Source: an uncultured candidate division WWE3 bacterium (GTDB lineage Bacteria; Patescibacteriota; WWE3; UBA101185; UBA10185). From it: a DNA stretch of 64,000 nt. The notes below the pieces were generated by a model. It searched no databases. It was given only the letters and a program-made list of their open reading frames with translations, and had not been told where the DNA came from. The DNA lies in contig CAVXUZ010000005.1 in assembly GCA_963765125.1 (NCBI GenBank), forward strand, positions 177,816 to 241,815, given 5' to 3'. Position 1 is the first letter of the stretch, and each line of letters opens with the position of its first letter. A program made the translations under genes and the position numbers. Below, one piece after another: positions 37,930 to 48,559 of the stretch.

Positions 37930-38754
37930 CTATCTCAACTCGAATTTTACTTGCACTGTTTTTGTAATCTTTGTACTACCGGGTTGAAATTCATCTCCCT
38001 CACCACCGCTACCCATTCCTAAAATATTGCCGTTAAATACTGAAGATGATCTACCAAGCTCTTCGATACTAATTATTTTACCTAAAGACTTACCCTTGTT
38101 TTTAGCTATAAACAGCGCTTTATCTTCTGCCGCGTCGATAGCGTTAGCCAGCATTCTTGCCTCATCGATTTTCTCCTCGTCTAGATAATAGTCTGGTCCA
38201 AACACCTCTACGTTTGGTTGAGAAGATATAAGCGCAGATAACTCTGAAACTCTATTAATATCTTTGAGTTTTATTTCAAGACTATTGCTTGCTCGCCAAA
38301 GTTTTGGCTGTGCCAACCCTTTTTGATTTACTACCGGCGCTACCTGATCATCAAGTTGATAGACATAGCTGCTTGTAGTTTTTATATCTAATGGGTCAAT
38401 TCCAAAGTTTTTCACAAGCTCAGTCATTGATTTTATATCACCAGAAAGTTCACCTGTGACAACATCCTTATTTTGACCAGTTCGTGATACGGTGACCACA
38501 TAGGTAGCAATTTGATTATTTTCAACTGATGTATAAGTTCCTATGACGTTTATAAATTTTTCTTGTGATAGTGTGACTGGGCCGAGTCTTAGTAAACTTA
38601 AATTTGTAAAAATAGCAAATGCAACTAGAGCGATTAGAACATTTCTTAAAATAGGGTCTGATTTTAAAAATAACCAGATTTTTTGTGTATGTTTATTTTT
38701 GATTTTTTCTTGAATTTTTAATAAAAAGTTGATTTTAGATTTTTTTCCTGCCAT
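37930..38754 (-). CDS. SIMPL-domain (DUF541/BP26-like) secreted protein
   Basis: N-terminal TM. The overall SIMPL-like pattern ends in TKITKTVQVKFEL. Confidence 0.5.
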   Translation of the reverse strand: MAGKKSKINFLLKIQEKIKNKHTQKIWLFLKSDPILRNVLIALVAFAIFTNLSLLRLGPVTLSQEKFINVIGTYTSVENNQIATYVVTVSRTGQNKDVVTGELSGDIKSMTELVKNFGIDPLDIKTTSSYVYQLDDQVAPVVNQKGLAQPKLWRASNSLEIKLKDINRVSELSALISSQPNVEVFGPDYYLDEEKIDEARMLANAIDAAEDKALFIAKNKGKSLGKIISIEELGRSSSVFNGNILGMGSGGEGDEFQPGSTKITKTVQVKFELR

Positions 38755-38848
38755 AAACCGATTATGGCATGTTTTTATTAAAAGTCAAAGCTAGAGGTTA
38801 GTTTATTATATATTCGCATTTTCTTCGGTATTTGGTAAAATAAATATC

Positions 38849-39109
38849 ATGGTACAGCCTATTAAAGACCCTATTTCAGTATGTTCCTTTTATGATAATA
38901 CCAAGAGAAAAACCATCATTACAGCTGTTAAGTGGCATGGCAAGGTCTACAAAATCACCAAACAAGGTCTTTACCATACATTCAAAAAAGGCTCCGAAAC
39001 AATACACGTGTTTTCAGTATCCAGTGAAACTATAAGCTTTAGATTATTACTCTATGCGAACTCACTAAATTGGTTTTTAGAAGACACAGACGATGAGAAT
39101 TTTAGCTAA
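38849..39109 (+). CDS. small hypothetical protein
   Basis: 86-aa ORF just upstream of dinB. No motif. Confidence 0.3.
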   Translation: MVQPIKDPISVCSFYDNTKRKTIITAVKWHGKVYKITKQGLYHTFKKGSETIHVFSVSSETISFRLLLYANSLNWFLEDTDDENFS

Positions 39110-40319
39110 TCTAGACTTTAATATTGCTCCTGCATATTTTATGCACATAGACTTGAATTCTTGTTTTGCGACAATTGAACAACAAGCAAATCCCCTACTT
39201 AGATATAAACCCATCGCAGTCGCAGCCTACGATTCGCCAAAAGGAATTATTCTTGCCCCGTCGGTTGAAGCAAAAAGGCTAGGGATAAAATTAGGCTTTA
39301 GAGTTGAAGAGGCAAAAAAGATTTGTCCCCAGATTGTTATACTCACCCCAGATCCTAATAAGTATAGATATATTCATCACCAACTAAAAAAACTTCTTTT
39401 AGAATACACAGACGACGTAGTACCAAAATCTGTTGACGAGTTTGTGCTTAACTTTGAAAACACTCCAAAGTATAAACTTGGGCTGATGAACATCGGTGCG
39501 GAAATTAAAAAAAGAATTAAAGATGAAGTTGGTGATTACATTACAGTCTCGATAGGAATTTCAAAGAATAAGTTTTTAGCCAAAATGGCATCAAACCTTA
39601 AAAAACCTGATGGCCTTGAGGAAATAAATGAACATAACTACCTAGAAATTTATAAAAACTTAACTCTGATAGATATAACAGGCATAGGTGAAAAATCTGC
39701 AGTTAGACTAAATAGTCACGATATATTTACAATGTTGGATTTTTACAACTCACCTTCTTACAAATTAAAGACTGTTTTTGAATCGGTCGTTGGGCATTAC
39801 TGGTATTTAAAACTAAGAGGCTACGAAATAGAAAATTATAAAGATCAGCGTAAGAGTTTTGGTCATCAGTATGCTCTACCCAAACCAATGACTACACTTG
39901 GAGAGATAAAACCTATTTTAATTAAACTCGTTGAAAAAATGGGGCTCAGACTTAGAAACTCTGGGTATAAGACGCAAGGTCTCTGTCTCTACTTGGTTTA
40001 TAGAGACCATACATCGTGGCATCAGAGTAGAAAAACAAAAAGAATTATTTTCGACTCAAGGGACATTTATAAGGAGATCATAAACCTTTTTAACCTATCT
40101 CCAAGAAAACCTATAAGACTTTTGGGGATTTCATGCTTCAACCTTGTAAGCGTAGCTACTGTGCAGTTAGGACTTTTTGAGGATGTTAAAAAAAGCGAAA
40201 ATCTAACTCACATGTTAGATAAGATAAATAACAGGTGGGGAAGGTTTGTAATTGCACCAGCGAGCATGCTTAGTAAAGAAAAGTATGTTCCGGATAGAAT
40301 TGGCTTTGGGAGCGTCTAA
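39093..40319 (+). CDS. dinB: DNA polymerase IV (Y-family)
   Basis: MHIDLNSCFATIEQ (the DxDxFFASVE-type catalytic motif), the palm/fingers pattern and the little-finger domain. Start possibly at the Met 48 nt downstream. Confidence 0.85.
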   Translation: MRILANLDFNIAPAYFMHIDLNSCFATIEQQANPLLRYKPIAVAAYDSPKGIILAPSVEAKRLGIKLGFRVEEAKKICPQIVILTPDPNKYRYIHHQLKKLLLEYTDDVVPKSVDEFVLNFENTPKYKLGLMNIGAEIKKRIKDEVGDYITVSIGISKNKFLAKMASNLKKPDGLEEINEHNYLEIYKNLTLIDITGIGEKSAVRLNSHDIFTMLDFYNSPSYKLKTVFESVVGHYWYLKLRGYEIENYKDQRKSFGHQYALPKPMTTLGEIKPILIKLVEKMGLRLRNSGYKTQGLCLYLVYRDHTSWHQSRKTKRIIFDSRDIYKEIINLFNLSPRKPIRLLGISCFNLVSVATVQLGLFEDVKKSENLTHMLDKINNRWGRFVIAPASMLSKEKYVPDRIGFGSV

Positions 40320-40380
40320 AGACTAAAAAGGTTGTAAAATCGACGAAAACACACATTTATTGGTATAATGTCTAGGTTTT

Positions 40381-41154
40381 ATGGATAAAATACCAATAAA
40401 AACAACTGAAGAAATTAAATTAATGCGCGAAGCTGGATTTATTTTAGGAACAATACTAAATAAGCTTAGAACGCAGGTAAAACCCGGAGTTGACTCCTTT
40501 GACCTAGAAGATTCATTCATTAAACTGTGTACCGATTACAGCGTTATTGCAGCCTGTAAAGGCTACGCACCAAGTGGATTTACTCCTTATCCAACCGGGC
40601 TATGCTTAAGTTTAAACGAAGAATCAGTTCATTGCTTTCCTGTTAAAGGCAGAAAGCTTAAAAACGGCGACCTTCTTACTATCGACACGGTTATCGGTTA
40701 TAGGGGGGTATTTGTTGATAGCGCAATAACATTAGGTGTGGGTCAAATATCAGAAGATAAGGATAGAATTATGAGAACTGCACAAAAAGCTCTCTATAAT
40801 GCCATAGAATGCGTTAAACCGGGTGCTAGGATTGGTGATTTATCGAATATTATACAAAAAACAGCCTATAAAGAGGGCTACTCGGTGCTTAAAGAGTATG
40901 CGGGCCACGGAATAGGTAAAGCTATGCATGAGGCACCCGAAATACCTTGTTTTGGTAAGCCTAACATTGGGCCTATTCTTCAAGCAGGTATGACACTTGC
41001 TATTGAACCTCTAGTATGTGAAAATAGCAACGTTCTTGAGCATAGCAACTTTTGGCATACAAAAACTGTAGACGGAGGCTTATTTGCTCAAGAAGAGCAC
41101 ACAGTTCTTGTAACGCCCGATGGTTATGAAATTCTAACTAAAGTAAATGACTGA
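40381..41154 (+). CDS. map: methionine aminopeptidase type I
   Basis: Conserved metal ligands (D...D...H...E...E) and GHGIG motif (YAGHGIGKAMHEAPEIP). 257 aa. Confidence 0.9.
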   Translation: MDKIPIKTTEEIKLMREAGFILGTILNKLRTQVKPGVDSFDLEDSFIKLCTDYSVIAACKGYAPSGFTPYPTGLCLSLNEESVHCFPVKGRKLKNGDLLTIDTVIGYRGVFVDSAITLGVGQISEDKDRIMRTAQKALYNAIECVKPGARIGDLSNIIQKTAYKEGYSVLKEYAGHGIGKAMHEAPEIPCFGKPNIGPILQAGMTLAIEPLVCENSNVLEHSNFWHTKTVDGGLFAQEEHTVLVTPDGYEILTKVND

Positions 41155-42211
41155 AAATACATATAACCCACCAAAAATTAATAGCAAAGCATTTAAGACA
41201 TTGGCAACGCTGTTTATTATTGGCGCGTTGTTAACGGCAATTGCCTTCTTACACCCAGCTATTTTTACTGCGTTTTTAAATTTCTTTTGGATAATGATGT
41301 TAATAATTGTTGCGGTATTTCTTGTTTTAGGCTTTTTAGTAATAGTAGGAATGAAATCAGAAGTAGGTTCCTTCTTAGATGTCGTTCTTGAGGGATCTCT
41401 AACAATATTGGACGCAATTAATATTCTAAAGAAACTATACGAAAGATTTATCACATTGCTGAAGGATTTTATTTATTTCATAACTCCGATTATTGCCATA
41501 TGGATTGCAATTATAATTTATATTGGTCTGATTATTTTGTACAAAAGTGTAGGTATGGAAAATGATGTAACTTTACTTACCATAGTTCTAACAGTCGCGC
41601 TTGTTGTTGCAGTTGGTATATTAAATAAACCAGTAGAAAATGTAACTCTTATTACGTGGGCAGACTCGGTAAGACTAAGATTTAAAGGTTACTTCGCAGA
41701 TGCGTTCGAAGTTGTAATCTTTCTGTTCTTCTTAACAATGGATTTAAAAAATCTCTTCTTTTTACCCGACAATTTAAAGGTACCTATCAACGCATTTATT
41801 GGTAACTATGACCTTATGCTAAGAGGCACAAATTATTCTCACCAGATTATGGTCACTATCTACCTAGTCGCTTTCAGTATTCTTTTTGAAATAATAAGAA
41901 ACCTTATTAGGCTCATTGCGGTAGCTACAAAACACTACAGACAAGCAGATGTTGAGATTTCAAAAATTCAAAGAATGAAGAGCGCCATAAGAATGAGTTT
42001 CTCTGAATCAAAAGACTATCTCGTTAAATTCATTACTTTCACAACAGTGTTGATTTTGGTCTTTCTTTTCTTTCCAAGACTTAAATTATTCGCAATGTTT
42101 ATCACAAGCATTACCAACCTAATGCTAGATTTGTTGATGAATGAAAGATTGTTTTTTAGAAAAGGAACCGATCTTATATCTAGAATACTTAATAAACTGT
42201 TCAACGTTTAA
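41147..42211 (+). CDS. hypothetical polytopic membrane protein
   Basis: 354 aa with ~8 TMs. No motif. Confidence 0.4.
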   Translation: MTENTYNPPKINSKAFKTLATLFIIGALLTAIAFLHPAIFTAFLNFFWIMMLIIVAVFLVLGFLVIVGMKSEVGSFLDVVLEGSLTILDAINILKKLYERFITLLKDFIYFITPIIAIWIAIIIYIGLIILYKSVGMENDVTLLTIVLTVALVVAVGILNKPVENVTLITWADSVRLRFKGYFADAFEVVIFLFFLTMDLKNLFFLPDNLKVPINAFIGNYDLMLRGTNYSHQIMVTIYLVAFSILFEIIRNLIRLIAVATKHYRQADVEISKIQRMKSAIRMSFSESKDYLVKFITFTTVLILVFLFFPRLKLFAMFITSITNLMLDLLMNERLFFRKGTDLISRILNKLFNV

Positions 42212-42774
42212 ATTAGCAATAAATAATCGTAGCCTCTTAACTCTTTTCTTCTCTCTTTATAATCTGGCATCACGATCGATATGTATTTCCAAAATGATTT
42301 TGAGTGATTTAGATGCACTGTATGTGCGAGCTCATGAAAAACAACATACTCAAGTACTTTGTCTGATACGAAATACAATCTCCAATTTAATCTAATTCCC
42401 TTTTGTGCTGTACAAGAACCCCATCTCCTTTTAGCGCCAGAAAGTTTTACTGAAGACACTTTAATTCCTAGCGTCTGCTCGTATTGTCTCACCATCTTAA
42501 GTAGTTTTGTTCGTGAATCCTCTTTATAGAAATTTATTTTAGATTCATCGAAGTTCAGTGAGTTTAACTTTGTCCTTTTATCTTGTTGAAGTTTTTGTCT
42601 CTTAAAAATCCAGTCTTGATTTGAAATAACAAACTTTTCAATATCTTTTACGCACGAGTGTAGTGGCGCTTTGATAATAATATCACCCTCATTGTTTACT
42701 GTTATTGCTATTGTTTTTCTTTTTGAATATTTGATTAAAGGTTTTCTCAACTCTGTCCTTTCCTCTTCTAACAT
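42208..42774 (-). CDS. DUF45/YgjP-family metal-dependent hydrolase
   Basis: RRWGSC...LNWRL...YVVFHELAHTVHLNHSKSFW is the YgjP/DUF45 HExxH signature. Confidence 0.65.
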   Translation of the reverse strand: MLEEERTELRKPLIKYSKRKTIAITVNNEGDIIIKAPLHSCVKDIEKFVISNQDWIFKRQKLQQDKRTKLNSLNFDESKINFYKEDSRTKLLKMVRQYEQTLGIKVSSVKLSGAKRRWGSCTAQKGIRLNWRLYFVSDKVLEYVVFHELAHTVHLNHSKSFWKYISIVMPDYKERRKELRGYDYLLLI

Positions 42775-43597
42775 TTTTAGATTCTATCAGACTAAGTATT
42801 CTATCAAAATCCTTTAAAAGAGCTGTGTAACGTTTATAAAATTTACGTTCTTCATAACTGCCGATAAGAAGTGCAACCTTTTCGCGCCTCTTAGTATCAA
42901 AACTTTCTTTTATAGCATGCATGAAATTTAGTAGGCTTCCTGTAGATGTACTATTTTTGTTGATAATAAACACTGTAAATTCTTCATTAACTAAAAATGG
43001 CATAGACTTTTTAAGCATTCTTAGCCAAAGTCTGTATTCAACTGTAATTTCGTTTGTCTCTTCAAAACCACCGCATTTAATTAATTCTTTTGTTTTAATA
43101 AAAGTATTTTCATGAGACATCATGTTTGTAATCGACATAATTACTTTTGGATTTATACTTATTATTTGTACAAGATTTATATTTATTCTAGTGCCACCAA
43201 CTTCTAAAGGTAGATTACCTGTAATCCAAAGTAGTTTAGGATCCTTTTTAAAGTATTTTGCTGCTCTTTCTAACGCATCGTCTGAAATATAGTAATCGTC
43301 AGAATGTAAAAAATGAATAACATCACCGGTTGCATGCGGTGTTGCCATATTTAATGCGTTTGCAACACCCTTTGCAGGTGTTTTAATAACTTTTATTGGA
43401 TATCTGTCCTTGTTGCGTTCAATATAATCATCAATTATCTTCTGCGTACCATCTGTAGAGTGGCTGTCGTTAAAAATGTGCTCTATATTGGTGTAAGTTT
43501 GGTTTTCAACGCTATCTAAAGCCTTTTTTAGGTATTTTTCGCTGTTATAAGTACAAGTAACAACTGTGATTTTAGGATAATCTTTCTTCATCATCAC
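42689..43597 (-). CDS. family-2 glycosyltransferase
   Basis: ITVVTCTYNSEKYLKKALDSVENQTY is the GT2 N-terminus. DxD region (HSDDY). Confidence 0.75.
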   Translation of the reverse strand: MMMKKDYPKITVVTCTYNSEKYLKKALDSVENQTYTNIEHIFNDSHSTDGTQKIIDDYIERNKDRYPIKVIKTPAKGVANALNMATPHATGDVIHFLHSDDYYISDDALERAAKYFKKDPKLLWITGNLPLEVGGTRININLVQIISINPKVIMSITNMMSHENTFIKTKELIKCGGFEETNEITVEYRLWLRMLKKSMPFLVNEEFTVFIINKNSTSTGSLLNFMHAIKESFDTKRREKVALLIGSYEERKFYKRYTALLKDFDRILSLIESKNVRRGKDRVEKTFNQIFKKKNNSNNSKQ

Positions 43598-43648
43598 ACC
43601 TGATTATATAATCCTTTATTAAAACATCAACTTTGATAAGATTACCCT

Positions 43649-44659
43649 ATGGAAAATAATGATCTATATGAAATCGCAAAAAAGGCAATGACGCCAGGTA
43701 AAGGAATTCTCGCATCGGATGAGAGTGTAGGCTCTGCTAACAAAAATTTAGAAAAAGCTGGTATTACACCAACTGACGAGTTAAGGAGAAAATATCGAGA
43801 GCTTTTTATAAGCACTCCGGATTTGGAAAAATATATCACAGGCATAATTTTATTTGACGAAACATTTTGGCAAAACGATTCTAATGGTAAACCCTTTAGG
43901 CAAATACTAATTGAGAAAGGTATTATTCCAATAATTAAAGTAGATGAGGGAACTGTTGAATTACCAGAATTTCCGGGAGAAAAAATTACACTAGGTTTAG
44001 ATAATCTTGAACCACGTTTAGCTAAATATTATGAGAATGGTGCGAGAATGGCTAAATGGAGATCTGTCATTAAAATAAACGAGAGTTTAGGTTTACCAAC
44101 CGATGAATGTATCGAGGCTAACGCCGTGGGTCTCGCCGAATATGCACTGTTTTGCCAAAAATACGGTATTGTACCTATGATTGAGCCAGAAGTTCTTCTT
44201 GACGGGCCACATACGATTGAAAAGGCCGAAGAGATTACAAAAAGAGTACTACGAAAGGTTTTTGAGGTTTTGGGTGAATATAAAGTAGATCTTAAAGGGA
44301 TCATATTAAAAACAAGCATGGTTGTACCAGGTAGCGAGAGTAAACAAGAAATAACACCTGAGCAAATAGCTGACGCAACGGTAAGAACTTTAACCTACAC
44401 TGTGCCTGCAGAAGTACCCGGCATCGTGTTTTTATCTGGAGGGCAAGAACCAGAAGAAGCAACCCAAAACTTAAACGAAATTGCAAAAAGAGAACCTCTT
44501 CCTTGGGAAATTGCCTTTTCATACCTTAGAGCTATTGAAGGTCCTCCGGGGGTTATTTGGGCTGGTAAAGATGAGAATGTTGACGCCGCTCGAGAAGAAT
44601 TTGTAAAAAGGCTTAAAATGAATACCCTTGCAGATAGTGGAAAATATCAAGGCGAATAA
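43649..44659 (+). CDS. fba: fructose-bisphosphate aldolase, class I
   Basis: GKGILASDES (GILAADES Schiff-base-family motif), the E187-like region and the active-site Lys region. 336 aa. Confidence 0.85.
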   Translation: MENNDLYEIAKKAMTPGKGILASDESVGSANKNLEKAGITPTDELRRKYRELFISTPDLEKYITGIILFDETFWQNDSNGKPFRQILIEKGIIPIIKVDEGTVELPEFPGEKITLGLDNLEPRLAKYYENGARMAKWRSVIKINESLGLPTDECIEANAVGLAEYALFCQKYGIVPMIEPEVLLDGPHTIEKAEEITKRVLRKVFEVLGEYKVDLKGIILKTSMVVPGSESKQEITPEQIADATVRTLTYTVPAEVPGIVFLSGGQEPEEATQNLNEIAKREPLPWEIAFSYLRAIEGPPGVIWAGKDENVDAAREEFVKRLKMNTLADSGKYQGE

Positions 44660-45373
44660 TTATTTTTTAAAGTTTTCGTAAAGCACAATTGAAACCGCAA
44701 CCGAAAGATTAAGTGAATCCACTTTATTTGTGTGTTTTATTGCCACAGTATTTTCCATTTGCTCAAAATAAGGATCTAAACCACTGCCCTCATTACCAAA
44801 TATAAGTGTTGCGGGATTTTTAAACTGTACTTTACCTAATTCAAATTTACCGCCAAGAACAAAAGGATACATAATATGTTTTTGGTATTTATCTGCGTAT
44901 TGTCTGTAAGTATCAAAATATTCAAAGTTCAAATCGAAAAATGAGCCCATTGAGGATCTGACAACTTTTGGGTCAAAAATATCAATTGCAGGTCTAACCA
45001 TCGCAAGATTTTTAATTCCAAAAGCCGCCATCGCGCGAATTATGGTACCAACGTTACCCATATCAGATGGATTTACTAATAAAATATGTGTTTCATCAGC
45101 GTTTAATTCTTTTTTATATTTTCTAAAAACGCCAACCGCATGAGTATTTTCTTTCTTTGCAATCTTTGAGATTGCTCTTGGCCCATTATCAAATGTGATC
45201 CTGTGTTTTATGCACAACTCTCTAATCTTTTTTACACCATCTGATTTTTCAGAAGTATCATTAATTAGCACTGCCATAACCTTTTCAGGTGCTTTTTCAA
45301 GAAGTTCTATTGTTGGAAAAATGCCAAATGCATATGTATAGTCCAGTTGTTTCTTATAAATTCGCAAGCTCAT
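44660..45373 (-). CDS. SpoU/TrmH-family RNA 2'-O-methyltransferase
   Basis: SPOUT motifs NPSDMGNVGTIIRAMAAFG and LIFGNEGSGL. Confidence 0.8.
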   Translation of the reverse strand: MSLRIYKKQLDYTYAFGIFPTIELLEKAPEKVMAVLINDTSEKSDGVKKIRELCIKHRITFDNGPRAISKIAKKENTHAVGVFRKYKKELNADETHILLVNPSDMGNVGTIIRAMAAFGIKNLAMVRPAIDIFDPKVVRSSMGSFFDLNFEYFDTYRQYADKYQKHIMYPFVLGGKFELGKVQFKNPATLIFGNEGSGLDPYFEQMENTVAIKHTNKVDSLNLSVAVSIVLYENFKK

Positions 45374-45396
45374 GGTGTGATAATAGCATATAATGG

Positions 45397-46635
45397 CTAT
45401 TCATATCTCAATGCGTCGATAGGGTTTAATTTTGCAGCTTTGTTTGCGGGATAAAGTCCAAAAACTATACCGATAAGAGCAGAGACAAAAAACGCAATAA
45501 AAATTGAACTAACTGATAGGGTTTGCGGAAGACTCATTACTTTTGTCATTATTAAAGATACTGCAACACCTACAATTACTCCGATGATTCCCCCAGAGAG
45601 CGTCAGAATTATAGCCTCAATTAAAAACTGTGATGTAATGGCGCGTCTTTTTGCACCTAAGGCTTTACGTATGCCAATTTCTCTAGTTCGTTCAGTAACA
45701 GTAACGAGCATTATGTTCATAATCCCTATACCACCGACTACTAAAGATATTGCGGCAATTCCTGTTAGTAAGGTTGTAAATGTTTGTGTAACTTCTGTTA
45801 CAGTTTCTAAAATATCCGCCTGCGAGCTTATAGAGAAATCTGCCTCAGATACTTGCTTAAAACCATGTCTTTCTAATAAAAAGAATCCAAGTTGATTTTC
45901 TGCTGCCTCCATCATACTTTCATCAGAGGCACCTACGTAAATGTTTGATACATGGTTTACACCAAATAGAGCTTTTTGTGCCGTGAGTAGTGGGATGTAT
46001 ACAGTTTCGTCAGAATTTGCACCACCTCCACTGAATCCTTTACTTTCTAAAACTCCAATTACTTTATAGTTTCCCCCGTTTATTTTTATATTATTTCCAA
46101 GAGGTTCTTCGTTTTCAAATAAATCTTCTACCACGGATGCGCCGATTACTGCAACTTTATTCTTTAATAGGTTGTCTTGTTCTGTTATATACAAACCGTA
46201 TTCAGTATTAAGATTTCTTAAACTAAAATAGTCTTCTGTTACACCAGATACTGAGTAATTCTCGTTATTTGAACCATATGAAACCTGCATTCTTCCTGAA
46301 TATTCTGCTGCTACACTATCTACAGTTGTAAATCGGTTTGATGATTCGATTGCGAGCATATCGTCGTATGTTAAGGTAGTTGCATTTGAGGAACTTCTTA
46401 AAAATCCCTGTTGGCTTGAACCTGGCCTAACAATTAGCAGATTAGATCCTAATGCCTGGATTTGTGATTTTACGCTGACCTGGCTTGCGTAACCTAACGA
46501 CATAAGAGCAATCACTGAGCCTATCCCAATAACTATTCCTAAAATAGAAAGCCCTGTTCTTAGTTTATTTACTCTTAAAACGTCTATGCTTTCTTCAAAT
46601 AGCTCATTTATTGTCATTTTTATTCTTTCTATCAC
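45397..46635 (-). CDS. ABC transporter permease, FtsX/MacB family (paralog 2)
   Basis: Same architecture as 24600-25784. The C-terminus ends ...NPIDALRYE. Confidence 0.8.
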   Translation of the reverse strand: MIERIKMTINELFEESIDVLRVNKLRTGLSILGIVIGIGSVIALMSLGYASQVSVKSQIQALGSNLLIVRPGSSQQGFLRSSSNATTLTYDDMLAIESSNRFTTVDSVAAEYSGRMQVSYGSNNENYSVSGVTEDYFSLRNLNTEYGLYITEQDNLLKNKVAVIGASVVEDLFENEEPLGNNIKINGGNYKVIGVLESKGFSGGGANSDETVYIPLLTAQKALFGVNHVSNIYVGASDESMMEAAENQLGFFLLERHGFKQVSEADFSISSQADILETVTEVTQTFTTLLTGIAAISLVVGGIGIMNIMLVTVTERTREIGIRKALGAKRRAITSQFLIEAIILTLSGGIIGVIVGVAVSLIMTKVMSLPQTLSVSSIFIAFFVSALIGIVFGLYPANKAAKLNPIDALRYE

Positions 46636-47293
46636 TTTTTATTTTTCCATCTACAATAGTAATAATTCGCTTTGCTCGTGATGCAATTTCTTCTTCGTGA
46701 GTAATTACAATGATTGTGTGACCCTTTTTGTTTAGATCAGAAAATAAATCCATTATTTCTGCGCCCTGTTTTGTAGGAAGATTACCAGTTGGCTCGTCTG
46801 CGAGAATAATACTTGGACTTACTGCAAGCGCTCGAGCGATAGCAACTCTTTGCTTTTGACCACCAGAAAGTTGATTTGGAGTATTTTGCAATTTATCACC
46901 AAGCCCAACCGATTCTAAAAGTTTTTTACCTTTCTCAAATCGTTCTATTTTTGATATACCCGCGTATGCCATAGGCAAAGCAACATTCTTAATTGCAGAT
47001 GTTCTTGCTAAAAGGTTATACGCTTGAAATACAAAGCCAATCTCTTTGTTTCTTATTTCCGATAGTTCATCGTCTGACAAAATGCCAACATCTTTTCCAT
47101 TTAAAATATATTTTCCTAATGTTGGGGTATCTAGAGCACCTAGAATATGCATAAGTGTTGATTTACCGGATCCAGATGGTCCCATAATCGCTACAAACTC
47201 ACCCTTTTTTATGTTAAACGAAATATCATCGAGCGCTTTTGTCTCAACATCACCATTTTCATAAACCTTTGATATGTTGGAAACTTCGATCAT
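46604..47293 (-). CDS. ABC transporter ATP-binding protein (MacB/LolD-type, paralog 2)
   Basis: Walker A GPSGSGKST, signature [15 protein letters not shown], Walker [11 protein letters not shown]. Confidence 0.9.
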   Translation of the reverse strand: MIEVSNISKVYENGDVETKALDDISFNIKKGEFVAIMGPSGSGKSTLMHILGALDTPTLGKYILNGKDVGILSDDELSEIRNKEIGFVFQAYNLLARTSAIKNVALPMAYAGISKIERFEKGKKLLESVGLGDKLQNTPNQLSGGQKQRVAIARALAVSPSIILADEPTGNLPTKQGAEIMDLFSDLNKKGHTIIVITHEEEIASRAKRIITIVDGKIKSDRKNKNDNK

Positions 47294-47294
47294 T

Positions 47295-48512
47295 TTATCT
47301 TCCTGGACCCATTATAAAGCTGCCACTGGGTCTAAAACTGCTACCTTGTCCTGAACTGAAACCGCTTGTTGGAAGTGATTTAACGTAAACTTCTTGACCT
47401 TCGGATATTCCACTTACTATTTCGATGTAGTCTGCTGTTTTTATACCAGTATTAACTTCTTTTTTTCCATCCGGTGTGTCTACAGAAAGTTTTCCACTTT
47501 TTCCTCCAGATATTGCCGAAGTTGGTACGTAAGTAACATCATTCTTTTCTTCTAATATTATTTCTGCGTCTACACCCATATTTGGTAATACCAAATCTGA
47601 TTTTTCCTCAAACTTAACGATGACAGGATAATTTGTTACGCCACTAGATATTGAACCAATCTTGTCGATACCCGCAACACTTCCTATAAATACTTTTTCT
47701 TCGATACTGTTTAATGTGATTTCAACTTTTTGCCCAACACTTATTTTATTAATGTCTACTTCGCTTACGTTTAATGACGCGATCGGTGTGCCGTCTTGTT
47801 TTATTGACGCAACTGTCGCTGATGTTCTTTCTGAAAGTGAATTTGTTATGTCCATACCTTCAACAACTACAATATTTGCAATAACACCGCTACCGGGTGC
47901 GACTATGGATGGTGATTGAGCTTGGTACGACAACCACGCCTTATTTAAGTTTACTTGCGTCTGTGAAATACTAGCTTTTTGCAATTCATATTCGTTTTTA
48001 GTTGATAAATATGAATTCTCAGCTATTTTATACGATTCACGTTCGTCTTCAGACTGGTAGCTATTGTCCTCTTTTTCAGTATCAAATGAGTTTTCTGCCT
48101 CAATCACTGCACTTTCTTTTGCGTAAAGTCCATTTTTTGCGCTCTCTAACGAATTTTTAGCCGAAAGATACGATGACCACGCTTGAGCTAAACTCTCTTC
48201 ACCTGCAGCGTTTAAAGTTATCTCCATTAGCTTCTGTCCCTTAACAACAGTATCTCCCTCTTTAACAAAAACTTCTTTTACGATTCCATTTACGCTGGTT
48301 GTTACAGTTAAATAATTTGCAGTTTCAACTTGGCCAGAAACAGACACAGTAGATTTTAAATTGCCTTTCTCTGCCTTAGCTATGACTTGTGTCTCTTGTG
48401 CACCTTTTGCTTTATCGTCTGTGATTTTTTTATATATAAAAAATCCTCCAACGACAAATATTACAAAAACAGTGATTATCAATATTTTCTTGTGTTTTAA
48501 AACTTTCTTCAT
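47295..48512 (-). CDS. HlyD/MFP-family periplasmic adaptor (paralog 2)
   Basis: N-terminal TM, long coiled-coil, beta-barrel C-terminus. First gene of the second triplet. Confidence 0.65.
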   Translation of the reverse strand: MKKVLKHKKILIITVFVIFVVGGFFIYKKITDDKAKGAQETQVIAKAEKGNLKSTVSVSGQVETANYLTVTTSVNGIVKEVFVKEGDTVVKGQKLMEITLNAAGEESLAQAWSSYLSAKNSLESAKNGLYAKESAVIEAENSFDTEKEDNSYQSEDERESYKIAENSYLSTKNEYELQKASISQTQVNLNKAWLSYQAQSPSIVAPGSGVIANIVVVEGMDITNSLSERTSATVASIKQDGTPIASLNVSEVDINKISVGQKVEITLNSIEEKVFIGSVAGIDKIGSISSGVTNYPVIVKFEEKSDLVLPNMGVDAEIILEEKNDVTYVPTSAISGGKSGKLSVDTPDGKKEVNTGIKTADYIEIVSGISEGQEVYVKSLPTSGFSSGQGSSFRPSGSFIMGPGR

Positions 48513-48559
48513 ATACGAATTAGATTAAATATCTCTATTCTGAGAATAAACTGAGACCG

